DNA of 64,000 bases, from positions 1 through 64,000 of the forward strand of contig NW_005434537.1 in assembly GCF_000315625.1 (NCBI RefSeq), written 5' to 3'. This document shows positions 1 through 9,800 of this stretch, piece by piece. Every line of letters starts with the position of its first letter. Positions within the stretch are counted from its first letter, which is position 1. A program made the position numbers and the translations under genes. The notes beneath the pieces are model-generated. The model was not told the DNA's origin, ran no database searches, and saw nothing but the letters and a program-made list of their open reading frames with translations. The DNA comes from Guillardia theta CCMP2712. Taxonomy: Eukaryota > Protista > Cryptophyta.

Positions 1-923
1 CGAGACAAGACTTTTTTATATCGCAGATCCAAAAACCCATAGGACATTTCCCCCTGTTTCTCGACGGATCCTGCCGGCCGGGCCCGTCAGTAGACCGACT
101 GCAGCCTTCAGCCCCGCCTCAGACCCCCTGGAGGCCCGCCAGGAGGCTAAGTGTCCGGAGATTGGCCGGGGGCCTGATCTCTCCGGGCGGCCGTGACCGG
201 TCAGCGGACCGTGTCAGCAGGCCCGTGACATGTCAGCCGGCTGACAGGGTCCGTGACCCGGCTGACAGGCTCACCTGACCGGTCACGTGACACATCACGT
301 GACCGAGACAAGACTTCTCCCAGGGGGAAGAAAACCTCCCTTGACCCCCCTGTTTCTCGACGGATCCTGCCGGCCGGGCCCGTCAGTAGACCGACTGCAG
401 CCTTCAGCCCCGCCTCAGACCCCCTGGAGTGCTCGCCAGGAGGCTAAGTGTCCGGAGATTGGCCGGGGGCCCGATCTCTCCGGGCGGCCGTGACCGGTCA
501 GCGGACCGTGTCAGCAGGCCCGTGACATGTCAGCCGGCTGACAGGGGCCGTGACCCGGCTGACAGGCTCACCTGACCGGTCACGTGACACATCACGTGAC
601 CGAGACAAGACTTTTTTATATCGCAGATCCAAAAACCCATAGGACATTTCTCCCAGGGGGAAGAAAACCTCCCTTGACCCCCCTGTTTCTCGACGGATCC
701 TGCCGGCCGGGCCCGTCAGTAGACCGACTGCAGCCTTCAGCCCCGCCTCAGACCCCCTGGAGGCCCGCCAGGAGGCTAAGTGTCCGGAGATTGGCCGGGG
801 GCCTGATCTCTCCGGGCGGCCGTGACCGGTCAGCGGACCGTGTCAGCAGGCCCGTGACATGTCAGCCGGCTGACAGGGGCCGTGACCCGGCTGACAGGCT
901 CACCTGACCGGTCACGTGACACA
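1..923. repeat. 332-bp GC-rich tandem satellite, left block (~3 monomers, two with internal deletions)
   Basis: Same monomer as 50427-63193 (…gtcacgtgacacatcacgtgaccgagacaagacttttttatatcgcagatcc…); ~29-bp deletion near 50 and ~36-bp deletion near 316; match to consensus stops after gtgacaca at 923. Confidence 0.97.
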
Positions 924-1044
924 GAGCCTTTGCAACCGGTGGAGCCTGCAGAGCCTGAGCGAAGCTCTGTGGTGACGGTGGGCGATTCACGGCCTGGACA
1001 TTTTGTTTGTACCTTGTCCCGATTCGGGGTTGACTTTTCGGCAT
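924..1044 (-). pseudogene. 5' part of a viral gene truncated by the left satellite junction
   Basis: ATG at 1044 (MPKSQPRIGTRYK…) has a TATTTAA box upstream (1090-1096) and runs without a stop into the satellite; an alternative open + strand frame ending near 1048 cannot be excluded. Confidence 0.45.
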
Positions 1045-1099
1045 GGTAAGATACGCGAAAGAGCAGTGCCAGGCGTTTGCAGCGCACCCTTAAATACGG

Positions 1100-2938
1100 T
1101 CACCTCCGCCTGCCCCTGCACTGGCGGGCCTCTGCCCTCTCTGCCTCGCAGGCGCGGGCCGCCCTGCAGTAGTCCCCGACGTCGCGGACGAAGCGGGAGA
1201 CGTGGGCGGGGAGGGCGTGCCTGGAGCAGAGGGAGACCTGGACGCGGACGCCAAAGTCGGCGAAGAGGAGGGTGGCCCGCTCGAGGCCGTTGGTCTTGCT
1301 GCAGTGGAGGCAGCGCCTGGGGGTGGGGCGGGGCGGGGGCGGGGTGGGGCGGTGCCCGCAGTCGACGCAGGTGAACTCCGTGCCGCTGAAGGCCCAGCGC
1401 TTGCACCCGCCGCAGACAGGGCAGAGGTAGTAGGTGACGCCCTGCACGACGAGGACCTTCCCGAGCAAGTCCACGGCGACGACGGGGAGGTGGGAGGCGC
1501 AGGAGACGCAGATCAGCCTGCCGGTGTGCATGCAGAGGCGGAGCTTCGTGGAAATGGCGTCGGCGTTGGGCTTGTTGCAGCAGCGGAGGCAGAGGTGCAC
1601 GCGGGAGACGCTGGCGAGCTGGGCGTGGTCCTGTCCGTAGGTCTCGAGCAGCATGCGGGCCTGCGTGGCGGCGAGGTTGCAGGGCAGCGGGTGGACACGG
1701 CAGCGGGCGTGGAGGTGCTCGATGAGGTGGAAGTCCTCCACGGAGAGGTGGGGGTGGAACTCGGAGTAGACGCTCCAGAGCACGCCGGGGGCCTGCGCGA
1801 CGTGCATCTCCCGGGCGACTTCGAAGAGGTGCGACTGGGATGGGGCGATGCGCTTCCATTTGGAGACGGGGGGCTGCGGGGTTTGGAGCGCCTCTTGGCC
1901 TGGCTTGGTCAGGTACGGGCAGGGAGGGTCCTGTCCACCTGGGGTGTGCAGCGGCTCCTGGTGGGGGGTGTTCGGGGGGCGCACCGGGTACGGCTTCCAG
2001 GGCAGTGCCCAGAACGCGTGGCCCTCCGCGTCGGCCCTGGCCCTCCCCATGCGGAACTTGCACGTCCGGACGCAGCGCTCGACGAAGGTGGCGGCGACGG
2101 AGCTCAGGGAGTCCCACGTCCAGCGGGAGTCCTGGAGGCCCTCCTGCCGAAACCCGTCGCAGATGTTGGGGCAGATCTCCATGAAGGTGGCCATGCCGTG
2201 GACGTGGGAGATGGCGTCGAGTTCTGTCGTCAGGTACGTTCCGCAGGCGTGCCAGAGGTACTCCATCATCGACAGCTTGAGCAGCGGGAGGTGGCCCTGC
2301 AGGAACTCCGCCTGAGCGCGCAGCGGGGCGCAGAGCAGGGCGCGCAGCTCCCCGGCGAGCCTCACCCTGCAGCGGAAGGCGGGGCGCTTGGCCGTGCTCG
2401 GGTAGAGCCCCAGCAGCAGGCCGTGCAGGATGTTGATGAGCACGGTCGCGTGGGGGTGGGCGAATGCGTCCTTGTCGAGGAACGCAACGCGGTTCCGCTT
2501 CAGGCAGGGCATGCTGTTGCAGATGACGTTGACGATGAGGTTCGTCTTCCAGTCGCGGTGCGCCAGGCTCTGCAGGATGAAGCGCCCGATGTCCGGCAGG
2601 TTCTTATGGTGGTAGGCCGAGGACGGGTGCGGGACGAGCGACTCCCGCGGCACGCTCTTGTAGAGCCCCGGCGCTGTGGTGGCCAGCCAGCACGCCAGCA
2701 GGCGAGTGTCGATGAGCAGCTGCGCCCTCGTCTCTCCGGCGTGGAGGAGCACATGCAGCCTCGCAAGCTCCGCGTCCAGGACTGGGTCCTCCGGACAGAA
2801 ACTGCCTACTTCTTGGGATGATTCTTGGAAGGTTTCCTGGAATCCCCCCCCTGGGACCCACCCTCCGCGGGGCGGCAGGTCGGCCTCCGACAGGCACCCG
2901 AGTGGGTGGATGTCGAGCGGCTCCCTCCCCGGTCGCAT
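1100..2938 (-). CDS. Large viral protein with C-terminal multi-CxxC zinc-binding region
   Basis: C-terminal part of the 947-aa ORF; start placed at MRPGREP because the upstream part overlaps the next gene; CLRC, CVSC, CPVC, CVDC, CLHC motifs; strong GC3 bias. Confidence 0.8.
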   Translation of the reverse strand: MRPGREPLDIHPLGCLSEADLPPRGGWVPGGGFQETFQESSQEVGSFCPEDPVLDAELARLHVLLHAGETRAQLLIDTRLLACWLATTAPGLYKSVPRESLVPHPSSAYHHKNLPDIGRFILQSLAHRDWKTNLIVNVICNSMPCLKRNRVAFLDKDAFAHPHATVLINILHGLLLGLYPSTAKRPAFRCRVRLAGELRALLCAPLRAQAEFLQGHLPLLKLSMMEYLWHACGTYLTTELDAISHVHGMATFMEICPNICDGFRQEGLQDSRWTWDSLSSVAATFVERCVRTCKFRMGRARADAEGHAFWALPWKPYPVRPPNTPHQEPLHTPGGQDPPCPYLTKPGQEALQTPQPPVSKWKRIAPSQSHLFEVAREMHVAQAPGVLWSVYSEFHPHLSVEDFHLIEHLHARCRVHPLPCNLAATQARMLLETYGQDHAQLASVSRVHLCLRCCNKPNADAISTKLRLCMHTGRLICVSCASHLPVVAVDLLGKVLVVQGVTYYLCPVCGGCKRWAFSGTEFTCVDCGHRPTPPPPRPTPRRCLHCSKTNGLERATLLFADFGVRVQVSLCSRHALPAHVSRFVRDVGDYCRAARACEAERAEARQCRGRRR

Positions 2939-3000
2939 CACGGCGATGCTGTCCAGGGGGTTGCCGGCCGGGCCCTGCGGCCTCCTCGCGGGGGCGAGCC

Positions 3001-3933
3001 TCACGGCCCAGGAGGGGTCGATCGAAAATCCTCCCACGCCACGCGGTGCTGCTTCAGGTGCTTCACCCCGACGTTGTTCAGGACAACGGAGTAGCGGTTC
3101 CGCTGGTGGGAGACGATGGGGAGCGGCATGCAGTGCACCGGCCCGCCGATGGGGCACGAGAGCATCACCTGCCTCGCGTACTCCCCGGGCTGGTCGCAGA
3201 TGTTGCCGTGGCTCTGGATCACCCCGTTGAAGCGGTTCCCTTGGTACACGATGTCGTAGAACATGCTCTGCGTGAGCTTCCGAAGGCACAGGACACAGAG
3301 CTGCTGCTCGTTCGGGAGGGGCTCGTTCGGCAGCCGGAACTCCACGCAGGTGAAGGGGAGCGCGGGGTCGATGAACATGCACTCGCAATTGATGCCCATG
3401 GAGCACGGCCGCTCGTCCGGGTGCGGCTCCCGCATGTGCGTTTCCTCCCACGCCTTCGTCACGATCTTCACCGGCGGGACCTGCGAGAAGCAGCTCTCGT
3501 CGTACGCCCCGAACAGGTTCTGCATCATCTTGATGTAGGGCTGCCGTGAGATGACGCTGTCCAGCGAGAGGGTCTGCGCCGGGCCGCTGCTGCCGCTCTC
3601 GTGGATCGCGCAGCGCAGCTCGTTGTAGACCCCGGACTCTTGCGATGGCATCCCCTCGAGGTCCTCGGGCGTCACCTCCGGGCAGGGCGCTGGTTCTTCG
3701 GCGCCGAGGGAAAAGACGGACTCCACTGGTTCTATGGGGATGGACTCTGCTTTCTTTTCCTTTTTCGTCTCTGCCTTCACCTCTGTCTTTTTCTCTGTCT
3801 TTGCCTCTGCCTTCGCCTCTGCCTTCTTCTCCACCACCAGACGCTTCTTCTTCTTCTTCGATGCGGACGGTTCGGACTCCACCGGTTGGCCCTGGCTGCG
3901 CTTGGCACCCACCCAGGACTCCGGGATGTTCAT
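3001..3933 (-). CDS. Cys-rich viral protein with Lys/Glu-rich N-terminus and NLS-like KKKKKR
   Basis: ORF from MNIPESW; REPHPDERPCSMGINCEC and LCVLC motifs. Confidence 0.8.
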   Translation of the reverse strand: MNIPESWVGAKRSQGQPVESEPSASKKKKKRLVVEKKAEAKAEAKTEKKTEVKAETKKEKKAESIPIEPVESVFSLGAEEPAPCPEVTPEDLEGMPSQESGVYNELRCAIHESGSSGPAQTLSLDSVISRQPYIKMMQNLFGAYDESCFSQVPPVKIVTKAWEETHMREPHPDERPCSMGINCECMFIDPALPFTCVEFRLPNEPLPNEQQLCVLCLRKLTQSMFYDIVYQGNRFNGVIQSHGNICDQPGEYARQVMLSCPIGGPVHCMPLPIVSHQRNRYSVVLNNVGVKHLKQHRVAWEDFRSTPPGP

Positions 3934-4026
3934 TCTGTGGCACTCATCCCCTACGAGTGTGTGGGTGGCAGGTGAGGAGCATAGTCTTTCTTTTTTTAAC
4001 AACCCTGTAATATACACACATATATT

Positions 4027-4968
4027 CTAAGGCTGGATCTCGTACTCAAGCTCCACCCTCGCCGTGAAGTTGCAGTGCTTGTTGAGGAGCTCGGTGATGG
4101 CGTCGACGGAGGAGGGGTCGTTCCTTCCGACCATCTCCCCGAACTCCTCCTTGCGGATGGAGTCCCAGTCGCGGCCGTTGAGGCGGTGGAGCTGGACCTG
4201 GAAGGTGTTCAAGTCGCGGGTGGATACCTTGGATAGGACCTTGGTGCGGAGTAAGTTACACATAGTCTTCATCACCTGGGTCGCGAGCTTGTAGTACTGC
4301 CCGTCGACGAGGGGCTGCTCGTCAATGTCAGCGGAGAGTACGTCCTTGTTGCACCTGAGCATCTCGATGACGGGGTGGTCCTTGTTGACGAACATGTAGG
4401 GGCGCTTCTCGAGGTTGATGACACCCTCCGTCTCGAGGTTGTTCTCGTTGTACTCGGGGTACTTGTGCCGCCATTCCAGGCTCTCGCTGGAAGAGTTGTC
4501 GGCCTCGTGGATGACGAGGGCGTTGGTGTTGCTGGTGTTGGGGAGGGCGGTCATGACGTAGCGCTCGCCCGTCTCCGTCGCCTCGTCGGGGTTCAGGCAG
4601 CTGACCGAAACGCCCAGAGAGACGGGGAAGGTGCTCGAGTACTCGAGGATCTTGGCGGTCTTGACCCTGGCGCTGGAGAGCGCGTTGACGGCGGTGGTGT
4701 GGTCGAGCGAGCTGTCAAAGGCGTCGTACAGGCCGAAGACGGCCGCCTGCTTGCCCTCCCTGGGCTTCCAGGTCGCCGCCAGCTCGCCCTGCTTCTTAAA
4801 GTTAGCCATCGTGCCGGAGATGTTGACATGGATCCTTCTGCGGATGGTGATCGGGGTGTTGGACTGGAGGTCCTCGGGGGTAGCATCGCTGCTGAAGACA
4901 TTCTGGTTGTTCTGGGCCATGGCCTGCTGGGAGAGCGCCTGCTGTGAAGCACCTCGCGAAACGTCCAT
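4027..4968 (-). CDS. Viral hypothetical protein, possibly virion structural
   Basis: 313-aa ORF, strong GC3 bias, TATTTAA 35 nt upstream. Confidence 0.8.
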   Translation of the reverse strand: MDVSRGASQQALSQQAMAQNNQNVFSSDATPEDLQSNTPITIRRRIHVNISGTMANFKKQGELAATWKPREGKQAAVFGLYDAFDSSLDHTTAVNALSSARVKTAKILEYSSTFPVSLGVSVSCLNPDEATETGERYVMTALPNTSNTNALVIHEADNSSSESLEWRHKYPEYNENNLETEGVINLEKRPYMFVNKDHPVIEMLRCNKDVLSADIDEQPLVDGQYYKLATQVMKTMCNLLRTKVLSKVSTRDLNTFQVQLHRLNGRDWDSIRKEEFGEMVGRNDPSSVDAITELLNKHCNFTARVELEYEIQP

Positions 4969-5092
4969 CACCACCACCTGTTCATTGCGCTCGATCAGGA
5001 TCTTAAATACGGGCTGGAGGCACGGGTTGGAGGCGTGAGATGGGCGAAGGTGGGGATGGCTATAAAGTTACCGTGCCTTCGATCCTGGGAAC

Positions 5093-5692
5093 ATGCCCAG
5101 ACAGCAGCCCATCCTGGAGACACCAATCCTACTCACACACGCACCCCAAACCCCGGTCCACGCCCTGGTCCGGCTATCGCGGAATCAGGGAAACACGGTA
5201 CTACTCGAGGAGAGGATCAACATCCGGCACCCGCAGTCCCTCTCGCTGTGTGCCCAGGATGGTGTGCGGGAGAGGGTGGCCTGCGATCCGCACGCCCCGC
5301 ACGCCTCGCGGCTGGTGATCCGCAGGGACATCCTCCCCCCGGGAAATACCATAAGTGCCATGCTGGTGCGCATGCGGGACACCGTCACACCCATACCGCT
5401 GGCCACGGATGGGAGGTTTGCCTACTTTTACCAGGTCCAGCACGAGCTCTGCATCAACCCACACCCGGCACCGCCCCCCAACCTCCAGGGTCACATTCGC
5501 ATCAATGGTACGAACCCACTGCTGTTCAACGACCCGAGATACAAACTGGAGATCTGGTTCAAGGAGGGCGAGGTGCAGTCACCTGCATTGAATCCACCTC
5601 CATCGAATCCATCTCCACAGGATTCACCTCAGCCGAATCCTTCCAAAAAGATGCGAAGCATGGAAGAGGAAGATATAAGCTATCTGTCATAG
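5093..5692 (+). CDS. Hypothetical protein
   Basis: 199-aa ORF, TATAAA at 5061. Confidence 0.7.
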   Translation: MPRQQPILETPILLTHAPQTPVHALVRLSRNQGNTVLLEERINIRHPQSLSLCAQDGVRERVACDPHAPHASRLVIRRDILPPGNTISAMLVRMRDTVTPIPLATDGRFAYFYQVQHELCINPHPAPPPNLQGHIRINGTNPLLFNDPRYKLEIWFKEGEVQSPALNPPPSNPSPQDSPQPNPSKKMRSMEEEDISYLS

Positions 5693-5695
5693 GAA

Positions 5696-6754
5696 ATGTC
5701 AGAAACAAGAAATATGGAAGCCCTCTCCAACGTCCTGGATACCGTGACGAGGATAGAGAGCGCGCTGACCTTCACCATAGTGCGCTTCGTGTACAAGACC
5801 GTGGGCGCACACCTCGATGCCGTCTCCATCGCGTTCCTCAGCATCCTGATCACGGCGCTGTCCTACAACACGCTGGCGATCCTCAGAAACAGACCAACGA
5901 CGATCAGCATGCTGCGCACACTGGCCTACATCGCGGAGCTGGTCCGGAAGTTCGCGGCGCTCGTGGGCATCCAGGCCATCATCCGCTCCGTCCAGCCCGC
6001 AGACCCGGAGGCGGCCAGCCTCTTCGAGCAGATCGAGTGCTTCACGGTGTCGCTCTGCATCCTGATCCTGGTCTGCGTGCTGCCGGCGAGCTTCCGGGAA
6101 TCACCCGACGGGCAGCAGTTCCTCCGCCTCGTGCTGTTCATGTTCGCGAGCAACACCGAGTTCGTCGTGCAGAGGGTAAGCTTCGGCTGGACGCTGCCAT
6201 ACCTCAGCATGGCTGGCTTCTTCGCCCTCTCCCGCCTGCAGCACTTCCCGGGTCACAGCGCCATCACCGCCACTGTCCTCAGCGCCGTCATCCTCTCCCT
6301 GACCAACATGATGGTGCTGGCCAGCTGGACCATCTCCGTCACCTCCACGGACAAGTTCCCGCAGATCACGCAGCTCGTCAGCCTCCTCGTCATCTTCGAC
6401 GCCCTCTCCCTCCGGTACCCGGACTTCCACACCATGCGCGACTACGCCGTGTGGCAGGGTGCCGCCCAGATCCACGCGCTCATCGTGGCCCGCGAGGTGA
6501 ACCGCGGCTCGGTCGCCACCGTCGCGATCTTCGTCGCGCTCGCGCTCCAGGCCTTCCGCCTTTACCTCCCCCGCACCACCGCCCTCTCCGAGCTCACCGT
6601 CCTCATCCTCATCAACACCATCCTCGGGATGGTGCAGCAGGCCGTCAACGCCCTGCACATGGCCGACACCGTCGTCGTGATCGTCCTGTGGATCACCGTC
6701 ATCCACATCCTCATCACGGCGGTCAATCGGTGGAGGGAGAGAGCAGACTCGTAA
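5696..6754 (+). CDS. Multi-pass membrane protein
   Basis: 352 aa with about 9-10 hydrophobic segments; GC3-biased. Confidence 0.8.
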   Translation: MSETRNMEALSNVLDTVTRIESALTFTIVRFVYKTVGAHLDAVSIAFLSILITALSYNTLAILRNRPTTISMLRTLAYIAELVRKFAALVGIQAIIRSVQPADPEAASLFEQIECFTVSLCILILVCVLPASFRESPDGQQFLRLVLFMFASNTEFVVQRVSFGWTLPYLSMAGFFALSRLQHFPGHSAITATVLSAVILSLTNMMVLASWTISVTSTDKFPQITQLVSLLVIFDALSLRYPDFHTMRDYAVWQGAAQIHALIVAREVNRGSVATVAIFVALALQAFRLYLPRTTALSELTVLILINTILGMVQQAVNALHMADTVVVIVLWITVIHILITAVNRWRERADS

Positions 6755-6832
6755 TCTGTAACCACCTAAGCGCTTCCGAACAATATATAAACATAGACCC
6801 AATGCACCCCGCATACAGCGCCCCGGCCCGCG

Positions 6833-9800
6833 ATGGAGGGGACGACGCAGGAGAGCCGCAGCTACACCAACAACTTCATGCTCCCGCAGGGGGACGTCGG
6901 GGTCAACCTCGGGGGCACGATGACGGCCAACTCGACGACCCCGACGATCCAGGACTACGAGGCCGTCTTCGGCCCCGCGGCACGGCAGATCAAGGAGGAC
7001 ACGCAGCGTCACAAGCGGCACCAGAGGTGGCACCTTCCCGACGTCCTCAAGGGCTCGAACACCTTCCTCGCGGACCGCGTGGACGGGCTCATCACCGACG
7101 CCACCAACTCTCCTTTTACTAGGAATATCCTCCCCTACGTCTACCTCGAAAACCCCGACCAGAAGCTCAAGTGGAACGTCTGGAGGTTCGACGAGGGCCT
7201 GGCCACGCGCGTGCCCTACGAGTCGGCAGCCAGGGTCTTGACTCAAAGTAAGACCAGCCAGGCCGCGTACATTACCAGGAACGGCATGGCGATCCAGATG
7301 GAGCACAACTTCATGATGTCGCCGGCTGGACGCGAGAATTTCAAGCGCCAGTTAATGCAGCTGGTAGGATCCATACAGATGTCCAACGACCTCGACGTCC
7401 ACCACGCGCTGCTCCTCGCCCCCAACTACGAGGCCCACCTCCGCGAAAAGTACTACACCACCGAGAAGACGACACTGCAGCTCATCCGTCAGTACGTCGA
7501 CAGCTACGGGCTCATGCAGAAGCACCCCAACGCTCTTGACATCATGATCGAGGACGCGAAGAACACCCTGAAGACCTGGGGCTCGCCCCCACCCACCTTC
7601 CTGATGTGCAACGGCGCCCTGACCATGCAGATGACCTTCAACCCGGAGAAGACGCAGTACCTCACCAACGGGACCGGTGGTCCTCTTCTTTTGAAGCAGG
7701 GACCGGATTTGCCGTCCTATAGGGGGCTGAGTATCATTCACTCCAGGAAGTTCTCCATGAACACCGGCGAGCCGCCCAGGGACGTCCTCCGCAGAAGGTC
7801 CCGCGTCGCCGAGCACTACCGCATCAACGGCACCGTCCGCGAGCTCAGGGACAACAAGTGGCGCTTCTACGACCAGTCCAAGGATGGGACCTTCGACCTC
7901 ACCTTCAGGGAGCTGCTCGAGCACTCGTGGATCGACTCGGATATTGCAGGCAACGTCACCAAGGATCACCGTCCACGACCCACCGTCGTCCGTCCAAACC
8001 GGGAACCATACAATAATCCCGATTTTAAGCTCCTCTCCGCCCCTCTCCAGCTCACCTCCCCAAACCTTACCGCGGGCGACATCGGGGTGCACTATCCAGA
8101 GCAGGCGGCCAAGGAAGCGGAGGGCTACCGCAGGCTGCGGGCGGAGGGTAACCCCTACCACGCCCACGACCTGAACGCACTGAGGGTGCGGGACAGCATG
8201 GACGGTGCGCTGGCCGTATCGGCGGGCCTGGGTGGCATCGCCCCCTCCCACGCCATGGCAGTAGAAAACGTTTCCACGATGCTCGCCGGCAACAGCGGCG
8301 TGCTGCACTGGGCGGCGCACCAGTTCCGCTCGCTCCGCGCCTCGCTGAAGGCACCCGAGGGTAAGCAGGACGTGCTGGCGCGGGAGGCCGTGCTGCTCAA
8401 GGCCAAGCGCCTGACGCTCAAGGGTGATTCCCTCCACATTGGGTACCAGACGATCCCCAAGGACGAAATCACCGAAGCCCAGGCGGAGTTCAGGAAGCGT
8501 CCCTGGACGGCACTGGAGATGTCGGCGGCGGTGGGGGTCGTCGGCTCAGTGCTCTTCAACGGCATCCGCGCCCCCAACGCGCTCAACCCCCAGGTCCCGG
8601 AGTCTGCGGCGCGGGAGTTCGTCCCTTTCATCCAGTCTTGCTTCTGCCACTCGATGATGGACTCACCCCTCTGCAACGCGCTGCTCTCCCACGTCAACGT
8701 CCCGCTCGACCTCCAGGGGGAGTTCCTCTCCTTCCTGGGCCTCGCCGACCTTGGCAACCGGGAGGAGCTGGCCGCCGCCCAGGCCGATCGCGACAGCCCC
8801 TACTGCTCCGTGCTCATGGTCAAGTACATCTCCCATGCCCACCCCGACGCTGGCGTGCGGGAGCGCTGTGTCAAGGTCCTGGAGTCCTTGGCCCCCGAAG
8901 TCTCCCGCCAGCTCGATGACACGCTCCTCGACTACAGCAACAAGGTGATTGACTCCCTGGAATCCGGGGCTCAGGCAGGCCTGGACGTCCGCTTCCTCAC
9001 CGGCCTGCTCCAGCGCTCCACCTCCGAGCGCCTGCAGGCCCCGGCGCAGAGCCGCCTGCACACCCTCGCGACCTCGACGATGCACGTCAACGCCTCCGGG
9101 GACACCATCAGCAGCTCCCCCATCTTCAATCGGGAGCGCGACGACGAGACCCGCGCCCTGCTCGCCTCCAACGGGCTGAAGCTCGACTCCGACGCCGTGC
9201 TGGGCACCGAGTTCCGCTGCTACCCCTTCCCGCTCACCTCCGCCGACCTCTCCTCCGTCGACAGCATCCTGCAGCACAGCCGATTGGCGGAGTACCAGTC
9301 TCCTTCCCTCGACGTGGAGGCACTCAGAAAGGACGTCCAGTGCTTTTTTGAAGCTCAAGACAGCCGCGACCATCTCCTCTCCCACCTCTACAGGCTTGCC
9401 TTCGCCAGGATGTTCACCAGCGTCATGCACTACGCTAACGACGCCGCCGCCCCGGGCTGCGTGCTCGCCGCCAAGAGCGCGGTGGGGAACGTCAGGCACA
9501 CCCTCGGGGCCAGGATCACCAGCTCCCCACTTGTCATCGATACACCAAAGATTGGACTCAACTTTGAAAACACAAACAACGCAATGACGTTCGACGATAT
9601 CTATAACACCATTGTATCTGACCATGAGACGAACGCGACGCAGACCGTTATCAATGAGCTTCAGAGGCGTAGTCCAGAATATCATCCTCCTAGACCAGGT
9701 GGAGGAGGTCCAGTCGTTACGACCTACAGACCAGCCCCCGTCCCCCCACCAGCACCCCCCACCGGATTTGTCGGAGCCCCAAACCGGAACCCCCTCCTGG

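Noticed and set aside
1100-3943. 947-aa ORF as one protein (likewise 5035-7122, 14433-16205, 24131-25360, 44593-45726 at full length)
   Set aside because: 5' extensions overlap better-coded genes in other frames and give low-complexity R/P/G/S-rich translations typical of GC-rich shadow frames
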